Shown here: piece by piece, positions 1-10,651 of the stretch
Numbering within the stretch: position 1 is the stretch's first letter
Layout: each line of letters begins with the position of its first letter
Notes under the pieces: generated by a model
What the model saw: only the letters and a program-made list of their open reading frames with translations
What the model was told of the DNA's origin: nothing
Databases searched by the model: none
Position numbers and translations under genes: made by a program
Virus record (IMG/VR): IMGVR_UViG_3300030616_000506
Span: 80,546-144,545 of that record
DNA: 64,000 nt
Strand: one strand, 5' to 3'
Source of the DNA: a virus

Positions 1-25
1 TTTTCCTTAAATATATTCAAATTAT

Positions 26-952
26 TCATTTCAACCATTTATCCATGAATTGAATTATATTATTTTTATTTAAATCTTCATTCTTCTGTATCATCATGTA
101 TTTAGATTTATCTCTCCAAAAATGCATACTATCTCCATATACACCTTTAGCTTGTTTCCACCATTCTTTTCCTCTAGCTGGAGGCTTTCCATTTTTTTCT
201 ACTAGTGGAATATCCATTAATATCATAGGCTTATTTAGCATTTCCATCCAGCAGTCAGGTCCTGATGGTGGAGTTATACAAAATGATGAGTTATTTACTA
301 TACTTATAAATTTATTTATATCATTATTATAATAAGGTATCAATTTGTCAAAATATTTATTTAAAGGTTTATAATGTTCTCCAGTTTGCCAATATTCATA
401 TTTATCACCATAATGTTCTTTAACTATTTTTACTAACTCTTTATATCTAAAAAAGTCTGAATTTCTCTGTGTATTATGAAATGGAGTATATCTTATATGA
501 AATAATATATATGGTTTATCTATATTAGTCATCTTTAGTTCTATGTGAGGACTCTTATTATTTTCCATTCTATATTTATTTAAATAATTAAGAAAAGACA
601 TATGGCTATGAACCTTCCTTCCTTCTTTTTCTTCATAGAGAGGAGGAGAATCTTCATAAAAAGTACCGTAATCATCTAGATATAATATTTGATCATATTC
701 ATCATAGGAATTTTTCCTATTTATAAATATTATTGGTAATATAGAGTCAGATTCAGGAAATTCAATATCGATCCTATTTCCTCTTATATCTGAGAACATA
801 TAATTTAATGGCCACTCTATAAATATATGATAATCTTCATACCCTAGCTCCTTTCCTTTATAATAACAAGCTTGTATTATATAAGCTAATTCTCCAAATC
901 TTAATTTCCACTGTCTCTCTCTTCTTATAGCAAATAATATATTTTTATTCAT
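26..952 (-). CDS. Putative glycosyltransferase-like protein (glycan cluster)
   Basis: 308 aa; YILFHIR and late SGP motifs reminiscent of GT-B enzymes; last gene of an overlapping sugar-enzyme operon. Confidence 0.35.
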   Translation of the reverse strand: MNKNILFAIRRERQWKLRFGELAYIIQACYYKGKELGYEDYHIFIEWPLNYMFSDIRGNRIDIEFPESDSILPIIFINRKNSYDEYDQILYLDDYGTFYEDSPPLYEEKEGRKVHSHMSFLNYLNKYRMENNKSPHIELKMTNIDKPYILFHIRYTPFHNTQRNSDFFRYKELVKIVKEHYGDKYEYWQTGEHYKPLNKYFDKLIPYYNNDINKFISIVNNSSFCITPPSGPDCWMEMLNKPMILMDIPLVEKNGKPPARGKEWWKQAKGVYGDSMHFWRDKSKYMMIQKNEDLNKNNIIQFMDKWLK

Positions 953-1671
953 AATCTTAACTCCACTTCTTCTATATCTTCTGGATGTGATATTTCATTT
1001 AAATGTTCTGTCCAATATCCATTAAACTTTATACCATCATCTATCATTAAATTTATTGTATTTGTAATTATCTTCTCATCAAATCTACTATCATAATGAG
1101 TTCTATCTATATAATCATAGACTCTATTATCAAAGTAATATGCTCCACAATTAACGTAATTAGATGTAGGTCTAGTAGATTTCTCATTTATAAATTTTAT
1201 TTCCCAGAAACCAAATTCTCTTAAGGGTTTTCCTTTATCTATTGTACCATACTCATATAACCTATTAAATTTTTCTGTAAATAAAAGAGAGTTTTTCATC
1301 TTAATTAGATTATTTAATTCTGATTTATTGTATATTATATCACCTGATAGTACCAAGATATTCCTATTCTTTGTATGGGTTTTAGTTAACTTTATTGCAT
1401 CTGCCGTTCCAGATAGTTTCTTTTGATGAATGAACTGTATATCCATATCACTATAGTTATATTTTATATAGGACTTTATTATACTTTCCTTATAGTTACT
1501 TATAATAAATATTTTATTTACATCTATGTCCTTTATAGCATCTAATAGCCAGCCAATTATGGGTTTATTTTTAACTTCTACCATAGTCTTGGGTCTGTCT
1601 TCAGTTAAAGGCATTAATCTAGATCCTACTCCAGCTGCCATTATGATACAATCTACTTTATTTTTCTGCAT
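949..1671 (-). CDS. Sugar-phosphate nucleotidyltransferase (NTP_transferase family)
   Basis: N-terminal MAAGVGSRLMPLTEDRPK signature, GTADA, SGD, VNCGAY motifs. Confidence 0.9.
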   Translation of the reverse strand: MQKNKVDCIIMAAGVGSRLMPLTEDRPKTMVEVKNKPIIGWLLDAIKDIDVNKIFIISNYKESIIKSYIKYNYSDMDIQFIHQKKLSGTADAIKLTKTHTKNRNILVLSGDIIYNKSELNNLIKMKNSLLFTEKFNRLYEYGTIDKGKPLREFGFWEIKFINEKSTRPTSNYVNCGAYYFDNRVYDYIDRTHYDSRFDEKIITNTINLMIDDGIKFNGYWTEHLNEISHPEDIEEVELRL

Positions 1672-2323
1672 AAATCCACATCTCGTGATCCTTCACTCTT
1701 TCACAATTATATCCGTAATCTGTTAATATCTTGATTACATCATCAGTTGTTGTGTAATCATCATTAACTAGATGAGTAGATATACATATTTTACAATCAT
1801 TATTTAATAATGTATTCCTTGCTCCTTCTAAGAATTTAACTTCAGCTCCCTCTATATTGGTCCATATATAATCTACATGCTCTATATGAAGATTCTTAAC
1901 TATATCATCTAAAGCTGCAGTTCTTGCATATGCATAATCTTCTGATACTTTTCTGAAATCTTTGAGTAAGCTTCCAGCATTGCTATAAGATGATGGATAG
2001 AATTTCTCTCTAGAAGTTTTATTCCATAATCCCATTGGTAATATATATACATTATTAAGATTAAAATTCCTCTTAATTATTTTTAGTTGTTCTAAATTTA
2101 ATGGAACTGGTTCAAAGGAATACACTCTTCCTTCATTTCCTACTTTTTTAGAAAAATATTGCATCATATCTCCATGAAATGCTCCACCATCTATAACAAC
2201 TGATCCTTCCTCTATATCAAAATATTCTTCCAATACCCTATATCTCTCAGCTAGATTTGAATAACTGAATCTAGAAATTAGTAAATCTAAATCATCTTTG
2301 TTTAATTTGACCATATTCTTCAA
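1658..2323 (-). CDS. FkbM-family SAM-dependent methyltransferase
   Basis: VIDGGAFHG, VYSFEP, LDD...NIEGAE motifs. Confidence 0.88.
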   Translation of the reverse strand: MKNMVKLNKDDLDLLISRFSYSNLAERYRVLEEYFDIEEGSVVIDGGAFHGDMMQYFSKKVGNEGRVYSFEPVPLNLEQLKIIKRNFNLNNVYILPMGLWNKTSREKFYPSSYSNAGSLLKDFRKVSEDYAYARTAALDDIVKNLHIEHVDYIWTNIEGAEVKFLEGARNTLLNNDCKICISTHLVNDDYTTTDDVIKILTDYGYNCERVKDHEMWIYAEK

Positions 2324-3209
2324 TTGCTTTTAATAACATATTAACACAAACATCTGGACTATAAGTTTTTAATATCTCTTGTCTACCCTTCCAATTAGGT
2401 TCTTTTGATATATCATTTATAACATCCTCAATTTTTGACCAATCCTTTAGAAACATTACGTTTTCTAATTCTTTTATACCCGTAATAGGTGAGGCAATTA
2501 CCTGAAGCTCCATAAGCATTGCTTCCTTTACAGTATTGGGAATACCATCACGATTGCCATCTTCAACAATTCTGGCAGGGAATAAGTATATACTATTCTC
2601 TTCATATAAATCTCTTAAATCTTCTCCAGATTTATGTCCTACAAATTTAACATTTGAATTTCTTGATTGTAATTGTGATTTAAGAGGTCCATCACCAAAT
2701 ATAGTTAAGTTATTTAGATGGATAATCCTATCTAATCCCTTTCTAGGAATCAAACGACCTCCAGCTAAGACCCCACCCTCACGGGGGATTGGATGTGACC
2801 TCTTAAATAACTCTGTTCTCACACACATAGGTAAATAAACCAAGGGTTTATCTATACCTATTTCTTCAAAAAATTTCTTATGATAGAAACTCTGATAAGT
2901 TACGAACTTACAATTAGGATGTTTAGAAGCGTTAAGAAGAGTCCTGCCATTATCAGGAAAGACATCGTTAGTATGAGGAGAAATACAAAAAGGTACTCCT
3001 GACCTCTTGAAGTAATTGGCAACGTGGGAGTAATGGTAGTGAGCAAAATCCATCCACCTAATATCAGACCCAGTAGGATGACTATTTCGAAGACTATAAA
3101 CTCTAATATTAACATTTCTTCTCCTTAATTCATCTATTTCTAATTTAAACCAATGTTCAATATCATTTATACCTTGAGCATTAAAATAGCCTATTCGTAG
3201 CGGTTCCAT
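2292..3209 (-). CDS. Glycosyltransferase family 4 (GT-B)
   Basis: GRLIPRKG, FGDGP, DGIPNTVKEAM motifs. Confidence 0.88.
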   Translation of the reverse strand: MEPLRIGYFNAQGINDIEHWFKLEIDELRRRNVNIRVYSLRNSHPTGSDIRWMDFAHYHYSHVANYFKRSGVPFCISPHTNDVFPDNGRTLLNASKHPNCKFVTYQSFYHKKFFEEIGIDKPLVYLPMCVRTELFKRSHPIPREGGVLAGGRLIPRKGLDRIIHLNNLTIFGDGPLKSQLQSRNSNVKFVGHKSGEDLRDLYEENSIYLFPARIVEDGNRDGIPNTVKEAMLMELQVIASPITGIKELENVMFLKDWSKIEDVINDISKEPNWKGRQEILKTYSPDVCVNMLLKAIEEYGQIKQR

Positions 3210-4039
3210 TTATATCCATATATATCATTAATTTCATCTGGGCATTCTCCAATGTAATCTAATAGCTCATTTTTATATTTCATGTGTATGTATATTCTTT
3301 TATCTTTACAAATACTACCATCAAATCCTAAATCTCTTAATTTATTTAATAAAAATTCTATATCCCTATACAAATATGCTTGTGTACAAAATCCAATCCC
3401 ACTAGTCTTTCCATAGTTTGATCCATCTCCAATATACCATTGTCTTAAGGTTATAGGGGTTAATTTTAAATCTTTTGGAACTATTTTCTTATATAAAGAG
3501 TGCTCATTACATACAGGACATCTTTTAAATTCTAATTTGTTAATTTCAATTTCACAATATGGACAAAATTTACTATTATTTAAATACCATTTATCATATA
3601 AAGTTTTTAATTCTCTATAACTTTTACTATAATAATGATATAAATTATAATTTCCCTCTTTTAACCATCTTTTATGGGAGGATTTATAATCATTTCCTAT
3701 TCTTGTAATTCCATGTTTCTTTAATATAGAATCTAACCATTTAAGGTATTTACTATATTTAGACGTATAAACTAATACTCCAGATTTATTATGTCTTAAA
3801 TGTAAGCAACCATCTCCCAACAGTTCTCCATTAAGAAATTCTATTAATTTATCATTTAATTTAATGTGATTTGCTCTATAATTATAACCTCTACTAGGTA
3901 TATTTAATTTATATAACCAATTCCATATTGTAGTTGGCACAACGTGTTGCTCATCTGATATAGAATAGATTGATTTTCTCTTTATTACGTATTCGTTATA
4001 CAACCAATCTTTATCTCTATAGTTTTTATTCATATACAA
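3191..4039 (-). CDS. Free-standing LAGLIDADG homing endonuclease with N-terminal HTH and inserted zinc ribbon
   Basis: Two LAGLIDADG-like motifs (FLNGELLGDG, LRQWYIGDG), KKIVPKDL.LTP motif, CPYC...CPVC insertion. Confidence 0.85.
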   Translation of the reverse strand: MYMNKNYRDKDWLYNEYVIKRKSIYSISDEQHVVPTTIWNWLYKLNIPSRGYNYRANHIKLNDKLIEFLNGELLGDGCLHLRHNKSGVLVYTSKYSKYLKWLDSILKKHGITRIGNDYKSSHKRWLKEGNYNLYHYYSKSYRELKTLYDKWYLNNSKFCPYCEIEINKLEFKRCPVCNEHSLYKKIVPKDLKLTPITLRQWYIGDGSNYGKTSGIGFCTQAYLYRDIEFLLNKLRDLGFDGSICKDKRIYIHMKYKNELLDYIGECPDEINDIYGYKWNRYE

Positions 4040-4404
4040 CTCACCAATAATTTATCTAGTAATATTTCTATATCAGTTTCATAAAATTTAAAATCTCTAT
4101 ATCCTATCCATTTACTATTTTCTTTTTTATCTAATATACCATTGTATCTTTTAAATTTACAATAGTGTAAATTTTGATTTATATGTTGCCAAGTGTAATG
4201 GATGCCACATCCTTTATTAAATAAGATTCTTTGGGTATGTAATAATTCTTTATTTGGATGAGATCTTTTTATTAATAACCATTCATCATTCTCATTTAAT
4301 ATTTCAAATTTTGTATCCTTTAACCAACTTGGATGATATGTTTCTTTATAATCTTTGATATTCATTTTTTCCACTGAGCGGTTATTCCTGAATAAAAACT
4401 CCAT
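4030..4404 (-). CDS. Hypothetical protein ending in a variant of the shared C-terminal tag (DKLLVSCI); true start probably 4365
   Basis: ORF track; C-terminal motif comparison. Confidence 0.55.
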   Translation of the reverse strand: MEFLFRNNRSVEKMNIKDYKETYHPSWLKDTKFEILNENDEWLLIKRSHPNKELLHTQRILFNKGCGIHYTWQHINQNLHYCKFKRYNGILDKKENSKWIGYRDFKFYETDIEILLDKLLVSCI

Positions 4405-4709
4405 CTATTTAGAAATTCTTCTGGAGATATAGTTCTATCATCAACATATATTTCTCCACCAGGTTTACCAAATCTTAATTCGTGATATTTCACACCCCAA
4501 TCTGATAATTGTTTTTTAGTTTCATCTAGCCAGTCTCTTTTATGTACTGATCCTCTAGCAGTAAATATAGTTATATGTTCTCCTGAGTCATATAACTCAT
4601 TGATTTTCTTTATGATATCTTTTCTAGGAGTTGACTCCAAATACTCCCATGTATCAAAGTCATATGTTGTATCACAAATAGTTCCATCTAAATCAAATAC
4701 CCATCTCAT
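4362..4709 (-). CDS. HAD-superfamily phosphatase (capsule biosynthesis phosphatase-like)
   Basis: FDLDGT motif I, FTARG, GKP, YVDD motifs; start at MRWVF overlapping the upstream stop. Confidence 0.88.
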   Translation of the reverse strand: MRWVFDLDGTICDTTYDFDTWEYLESTPRKDIIKKINELYDSGEHITIFTARGSVHKRDWLDETKKQLSDWGVKYHELRFGKPGGEIYVDDRTISPEEFLNRWSFYSGITAQWKK

Positions 4710-5638
4710 GCTTTCTCCACAAATAATTCTGATCCTAATTCCCACCAATCTTTAGGTATTGTATCCTTATTTCGTTGTATAATATTACGAACATTCTCAT
4801 TATACTTAGCAACATGCATTAACCATTGTGGTCTATGGTAATCAAATATAACTGTATCTTCAGGTAACTTACAATTTTCTATAAGATCAGTAGATGGGAA
4901 TTCTCCCTTCCTAAAATGACCTATAGGGTTAAAATTAAATTTATTATTCAATATTCTTATCTCCCATTCTGCATTAAATATTAATCCAGTAAATGCAAAT
5001 TCATTTGGATGAATTCCTAATTGTATCCATCTCTCACATATCTTAGTTAGAGGAACCCAGGTTGCATTTATATAGGGTAAATGTTTACTCCTAACTGCAA
5101 TAACACCAGTAGCTAATAGAGGTCTACCTATTTCCTTATTTTCAACGTATGGAATTTTTATATCAGGCATCTTAATCCCCATAGCTTTATAGATATTTCT
5201 CCATACTCTAGTCTCCATATTGTCATTCTTTATTATTCTTCTATTCTCAGATTGAATGATAATATCAGATTCATCATCTAATATCTTTTTAAATTCATCT
5301 AGATGTTTTAAGAATAATACATCTATTTCAGTTTTAATTACCCACTCTTTATCTGTCTCTATTTCAAAACAGTGAAACATATACTGACATCTTGACTTTA
5401 AATTTTTAAAGGGAGGTTTCTTATATATCTTAGTTGGTACTTGTTTCTGTATCCATTGTAAAGTTTCATCAGAATCATCTCTATTAGTAGTTATATGTAA
5501 TATACAACCATCTGGAATATTGTCTCTTAATGTATCTATCATCATTCTTAGTTGTGGATTAAGATATTCTGCTTTATCAAAACTTATTGTTAAGTCGAAA
5601 TTAGTTTGCATATTAGATGCTCCAAAGTTAAATGCCAA
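4706..5638 (-). CDS. GT-A fold glycosyltransferase (GT8-like)
   Basis: KTEIDVLF (DxD variant), TGVI, NEFAF, late DYH motif; operon context. Confidence 0.6.
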   Translation of the reverse strand: MAFNFGASNMQTNFDLTISFDKAEYLNPQLRMMIDTLRDNIPDGCILHITTNRDDSDETLQWIQKQVPTKIYKKPPFKNLKSRCQYMFHCFEIETDKEWVIKTEIDVLFLKHLDEFKKILDDESDIIIQSENRRIIKNDNMETRVWRNIYKAMGIKMPDIKIPYVENKEIGRPLLATGVIAVRSKHLPYINATWVPLTKICERWIQLGIHPNEFAFTGLIFNAEWEIRILNNKFNFNPIGHFRKGEFPSTDLIENCKLPEDTVIFDYHRPQWLMHVAKYNENVRNIIQRNKDTIPKDWWELGSELFVEKA

Positions 5639-6129
5639 TCTTCTGCATGTAACATATCTGAATTTATTATAAACTTTATAGGTTCTTCCATTTTAGCGAT
5701 TCTTCCTTTATCTGATCCTAGAATAGCTATAGATATAATTCCATTATCGTATGCATAATTAATGGCTTCTATTAGATTATCTGAATCTCCACTTCCACTA
5801 AATATTATTAGCACATCATTTGTATCTCCTAATATTGCAATTTGCTCTCTAAATATTCTTTTATATTCAGTATCATTAGCCCAAGCTGTCAATAAAGGAA
5901 TATTATCTGATAGGCATATAGCTTTTATACCACACATTTTCTGTAGGTCATTAGCCATATGTGAAGCAGTTGAGGAGCTTCCACCATTTCCACAAATAAA
6001 TACCCTATTAGAGCCTTTAATTATTTTAACTATTGTCTTTATCAAGGCTTTCTGATCATTTATAGATTCTGCACATCTTTTAGTATTATATATATAATCC
6101 ATTATTTCTTTATTAAAGTTTTTTGCCAT
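5590..6129 (-). CDS. gmhA: SIS-domain phosphoheptose isomerase (GmhA-like)
   Basis: CGNGGSSSTASH, TAWAND, SGSGDS, EDWH motifs. Confidence 0.88.
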   Translation of the reverse strand: MAKNFNKEIMDYIYNTKRCAESINDQKALIKTIVKIIKGSNRVFICGNGGSSSTASHMANDLQKMCGIKAICLSDNIPLLTAWANDTEYKRIFREQIAILGDTNDVLIIFSGSGDSDNLIEAINYAYDNGIISIAILGSDKGRIAKMEEPIKFIINSDMLHAEDWHLTLEHLICKLIST

Positions 6130-7016
6130 TCTATTTGACCTCTTAAACCTTCATAAAAGTTTATTTTTGGACTCCAACCTAATTCCTTCATCCTATTAAT
6201 ATCTGCTAGAGTCTCATCAACATCATATATGTCTCTTGGCCTATAATCTATAGTAACTTTTTTTCCAGTTATTTTAGCTATATAACATATAATTTCATTA
6301 ATAGAGTGAGATTCATTAGATCCTATATTATAAGCACTATATAAAATTTTATTTGTAGATATTAATATTTCTATTGCACTACATATATCATCTATATGAG
6401 TAAAATCTCTCTTTTGTTTACCATCTCCATATAAAATAATAGGTTGATCTTTTAATATCCAATCAGTAAATGCTCTTATAGCTAATTCATTTCTCTGGTG
6501 AGGTCCATAGACTGTAAAGAATCTCATAGAGGTACATTCTATATCCTTTAACATACCACAATTCTTATAAGTACTTATTAAATATTCATTAGCACACTTA
6601 CTCATAGCATATGGTGATCTAGGAGACAGACTTTCATATTCTTCTAGTTCAAGTCCTCCTCTACCTTTATCTCCATATACACTGGAACTACTAGCAATTA
6701 ATAGTCTTTTAGGTTTCCAATTTTCTATACATTTTTTTATTATTCTCTGAGTACCTAAAATATTATCCTTACATACCTCATCGAATAATTCATGGCTATT
6801 CCTAACTCCTGGTCTAGCAGCTAGATGAATTACTGCATATACATCTTTTATATCTGGCAAATCAAAGTTTATATCCTTTTGATAAAATTTTATATCTGAA
6901 GATATATTTCTATTTATCTTATCTATTCCTATAACTTTATATTTCTTTTTTAATCTTTCTGTTAATGCTGATCCTATAAATCCACTACTTCCTGTTATTA
7001 TTACCTTCTTTTTCAT
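6102..7016 (-). CDS. NAD-dependent nucleotide-sugar epimerase/dehydratase
   Basis: TGSSGFIG, HLAA, SSSSVYG, YAMSK, RFFTVYGP, RDFTHIDD. Confidence 0.93.
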   Translation of the reverse strand: MKKKVIITGSSGFIGSALTERLKKKYKVIGIDKINRNISSDIKFYQKDINFDLPDIKDVYAVIHLAARPGVRNSHELFDEVCKDNILGTQRIIKKCIENWKPKRLLIASSSSVYGDKGRGGLELEEYESLSPRSPYAMSKCANEYLISTYKNCGMLKDIECTSMRFFTVYGPHQRNELAIRAFTDWILKDQPIILYGDGKQKRDFTHIDDICSAIEILISTNKILYSAYNIGSNESHSINEIICYIAKITGKKVTIDYRPRDIYDVDETLADINRMKELGWSPKINFYEGLRGQIEWQKTLIKK

Positions 7017-7024
7017 ATTATCTC

Positions 7025-7435
7025 CTATAAATAACCTAGTTCTTTTAATCTCTTCTCTATGATCTTCTTATCGTTTTCTGTGATTTTATTGTCTTCGCTA
7101 TTATCTTTATCTAGAGTTATATCTAATATATAATTATTAAATGTTATAATTGCAGTCTCTGGCTTTACTTTGCATGGTAATCTAAAGGTTTTCTTTCTCC
7201 AACTTCCTTCTGACATAATTTCTAGGGATATATCATACTCACTAGGTTTGACCTCTAAATCTTCATTAGCTACTTTTATTTCTAAAGTTAAATAGATATG
7301 ATCATCATCCTCATTAATATCCACATGCCCTGTGGTATCTGTATAATTTGATTTTGTATATCCTCCAGAGAATCCTCTGGAGAACATTTCATCTACAATT
7401 CTGAAGATCCTATCTATTTCATCAAAGTCTCTCAT
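7025..7435 (-). CDS. Small heat-shock protein (Hsp20/alpha-crystallin-like)
   Basis: FDEIDRIFR N-terminus, LPCKVKP...FNNYILDITL alpha-crystallin end; extra RLKELGYL tail. Confidence 0.75.
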   Translation of the reverse strand: MRDFDEIDRIFRIVDEMFSRGFSGGYTKSNYTDTTGHVDINEDDDHIYLTLEIKVANEDLEVKPSEYDISLEIMSEGSWRKKTFRLPCKVKPETAIITFNNYILDITLDKDNSEDNKITENDKKIIEKRLKELGYL

Positions 7436-7851
7436 ATTACAACCTTATTTTTTCTTGTAATTCTTTAGCTGTTTTTTCTATCCATTCCAATTTAGCTATT
7501 ACAGCATTTTTTGTGCATGCTCTAGCAGTTTTTGCTATCTCTTCTAGTTTGATTTGAATAGAATCTATATCAGATTTTGATAAAGTTATATTTTTTGGTT
7601 TTGGCTTAGGGATATCTTTTGGTATATCTTCCTGGATTTCTTCATCTACTAAAATTTCATCTTCTGTCATATTATTCCTCCTCATTCTTATAACATTAAA
7701 CATTCTTTAATCTTTCTGAACTAACTGAATAGTGATATACTGTTTACCACTATCAGATTCCCATGGTTTAAAGGACTTTAAAACATATATATCTGAAGCT
7801 TCCTTAACTGCTTCATATATTTTTTGCCATTCCTCGAAGCTTATTTCCATT

Positions 7852-8052
7852 TTAATTCCTCTCTAATAATTTTTTAAGATCTCTCTTTAATTTATTATAC
7901 ATTACTTTATAATTCCATCCTTCATCAGTCATTTCCTTGGTTTGGAATTTTTCTTTACATTTTGGGCAATACCTTGATCTAGCTGTAAAATTACCCTTAT
8001 CCTTTACCCAAACAGTTTTTGTCTTTGTGTTGCCACATTTTGGGCACTTCAT
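7852..8052 (-). CDS. NrdR-like zinc-ribbon protein lacking ATP-cone
   Basis: MKCPKCG...RSRYCPKCKEKFQTKE matches the NrdR N-terminal ribbon pattern; lies next to RNR. Confidence 0.6.
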   Translation of the reverse strand: MKCPKCGNTKTKTVWVKDKGNFTARSRYCPKCKEKFQTKEMTDEGWNYKVMYNKLKRDLKKLLERN

Positions 8053-8324
8053 TTTATCACTAATCCTTTATTAGGTGATGATATTTGTATTTATCCATTA
8101 GTTTCTCAGCTGTTTTAACTATGCTCTTCATATTATCATCCTTATGTTCAGTCGTTACAGTTACTGAAACATATGGAGTAGTTATTTCTACCTGTCTAGA
8201 AATTTTTAATTTTTCTATATTCTCTTCCTCTTCATCATCCTCTTCATCTAAGTCAACCAGATCAGGATTATTTAATATTTCTGGTATATTTATTTCATCT
8301 TGTTTTTCTTTTTTTGTCATAATA

Positions 8325-8570
8325 TCATCTTAATAATTCATCCAACACATCCTTGTCAAAACCAGGAACTATATCTTCTCCTACTACTATAATAGGAACA
8401 GTATCTATTCCTAATTTCTTAAACTTCTTTTTCATTTGTATCGTCTCTGGATTACCACCCTTCTTCATATTAATTTCTTTGTATTCTAATCCTCTCTCTT
8501 GTAGATACTCTTTTGTCTGATTACAGTGAGTACAATCCGGTAATGTATATATTATTATCATAAATAACAA
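8325..8570 (-). CDS. Glutaredoxin/NrdH-like redoxin
   Basis: CTHC active site, TVP and GFD motifs; overlaps RNR stop. Confidence 0.9.
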   Translation of the reverse strand: MLFMIIIYTLPDCTHCNQTKEYLQERGLEYKEINMKKGGNPETIQMKKKFKKLGIDTVPIIVVGEDIVPGFDKDVLDELLR

Positions 8571-10057
8571 CTCTCATCTTCACATGTTGATCTTAGAACT
8601 TGTCCTGCAGATCCTAAACATCCGTCTCTAAAGATAGTAATTCCTTTACAACCCATCTCCCAAGCTTTAGTATATATTTCAGCTACATCCTGAATTGTTG
8701 CAGAGTGTGGTAAGTTTATAGTCTTACTTACTCCATTATCTATATATGATTGCCACTTGGCCTGAACTTTAAGATGCCACTCTGGAGTTATATCATGAGC
8801 TGTCCTTAGATATTCTGATTCTCTAGATTCCTTCACCTTTCCATGAGTTAAATGTCTTGTATAAGATTTACTAAACCAAGGTTCAATTCCTGATGAGCAG
8901 TCTGCAAGAATTGATAGACTACCAGTTGGTGCTATAGATAATGTAGCTACTGATTGAGGAGCATATTTCTTAGATTCCTGCATAACTTTACCTATATCAT
9001 CTATTATATCCAATGTCTCATCTGAGTCATACATAACTCCCATCTTCATCAACATATCAGCAAATCCCATTACTCCTAGACCTATTCTTAGGTATTTAGC
9101 TTGAGCTATATAGCAATCATCTATAGGAAATTCACATATCTTATTCATACCCATTAAGAACTTAGTTCCTATTCTTACTACATCTGAGAATCTTTGTTTA
9201 TCAAATTCCTTATCTTTTGTCACAAAGTTAGATAGATTTATACTACCAAGACAACATGATTCATAAGGAAGTAATGGTACCTCACCACAAGGATTAGTGG
9301 CTCTTATAGGATACTTTGGATGAAATGGATTATCTTGATTTATTCTATCATAAAATAATAAACCTGGATCTCCTGTTAACCAAGCTGAATATGTGATTAT
9401 ATTGAATAAGTCTCTACAATTAAATTTGCCTTTAATAACTCTCTTATCTAGTCTACTTCTCAAATAGACTTTACTATCTTCCTTTACTCCTCTCATAAAG
9501 TCATCTGTAACCATAACAGAAAGATTAAAATTATTCATCGAACCTGGTTTAAGTTTTTCCTTTATAAAGTCTAATATCTCTGGATGGTCCACATCAAGAA
9601 CACCCATAGATGCTCCTCTACGAAAGCCTCCTTGCTTTATTGCTTCCGTTATTGAATTATAAATTTTCATAAAGGATATAACTCCTGAGGATGTACCTCC
9701 TTGTGCTAAGTTTGCTCCTCTCTCTCTTAAATCACTAAAGTTATAACCTACCCCACCACCTGATTTAAATATCATAGCTGAGTCTCTGAGAGTACTAAAT
9801 ATACTATCCATAGAATCTTCTATAGGCAAGACAAAACAAGCTTTAACTTGATTTGAATAACCTGCATTTCTAATACAAGGACTATTAGGTAAGAAATCTA
9901 AATCTTCCATAATCTTTGTAAATTGTTGTGCATCTTCATCTCCATTCATTACTGATGAGATTGTTTTTCCAACTCTAGGAAATACATCTTTAGGTTTCTC
10001 TCCGTGACTGCAGTATCTCTGTTCCATTAAATTTATTCCAGCTTTAGTTAACTTCAT
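8558..10057 (-). CDS. nrdJ: Class II (adenosylcobalamin-dependent) ribonucleotide reductase, compact form
   Basis: FLPNSP, ACFV, GGGVG, RRGA, TNPCGE, SIAPTG, SKTINL, GCKGITIFRDG and C-terminal Cys pair; no beta subunit nearby. Confidence 0.92.
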   Translation of the reverse strand: MKLTKAGINLMEQRYCSHGEKPKDVFPRVGKTISSVMNGDEDAQQFTKIMEDLDFLPNSPCIRNAGYSNQVKACFVLPIEDSMDSIFSTLRDSAMIFKSGGGVGYNFSDLRERGANLAQGGTSSGVISFMKIYNSITEAIKQGGFRRGASMGVLDVDHPEILDFIKEKLKPGSMNNFNLSVMVTDDFMRGVKEDSKVYLRSRLDKRVIKGKFNCRDLFNIITYSAWLTGDPGLLFYDRINQDNPFHPKYPIRATNPCGEVPLLPYESCCLGSINLSNFVTKDKEFDKQRFSDVVRIGTKFLMGMNKICEFPIDDCYIAQAKYLRIGLGVMGFADMLMKMGVMYDSDETLDIIDDIGKVMQESKKYAPQSVATLSIAPTGSLSILADCSSGIEPWFSKSYTRHLTHGKVKESRESEYLRTAHDITPEWHLKVQAKWQSYIDNGVSKTINLPHSATIQDVAEIYTKAWEMGCKGITIFRDGCLGSAGQVLRSTCEDESCYL

Positions 10058-10081
10058 ACTATCACCTAATTTATAAAAACA

Positions 10082-10651
10082 TTAGACCTTATTCCTATAA
10101 AGTTTCGGGTCTATAACATCCTTTGCTTTATCAATATCCAAATCTGGATAGTATATCCTAAGTTCATTTAATTCACTTGGATAGTTACCATTATTAAATA
10201 GTCCTCTATGGGATATTAATATCAATTTTACATCGTCTCTTTTTCTCATTTCATCTAATATATTATTTCTAAGTTTAATTAACGCTAATCTTAAATCTTC
10301 TTTATCAGCTTCATACTCTTTGGAAGCCATTTTTAGTGTCGATTCAATTATTTCCTTTATATTTCTATCCATAAATATTACTTCATATTTACCCTTTGGT
10401 AGATATTTAAGACCATAAGCAGTTATTTTAATAAATTTACCTTTATATTTATCGAATGGAAAATCCCCATTTTTTAGTTTATTTATTATTTTACCCTTCT
10501 CTAGTTCATAGTATCCTTTAGGATTATTCTTATCAGCTTCTCTAGAATCATCATAAGCTATCGGTAATCCTCCAGCTTTTAGTATTTGCATCATTAGACT
10601 AGTTCCAGATCTCTCTATACCAGATACGATATAGTTAGTCTTCTCGTTCAT
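10082..10651 (-). CDS. Sulfotransferase-family (P-loop) protein
   Basis: IVSGIERSGTSLMMQIL PAPS-binding-type motif, NPKGYYE. Confidence 0.8.
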   Translation of the reverse strand: MNEKTNYIVSGIERSGTSLMMQILKAGGLPIAYDDSREADKNNPKGYYELEKGKIINKLKNGDFPFDKYKGKFIKITAYGLKYLPKGKYEVIFMDRNIKEIIESTLKMASKEYEADKEDLRLALIKLRNNILDEMRKRDDVKLILISHRGLFNNGNYPSELNELRIYYPDLDIDKAKDVIDPKLYRNKV

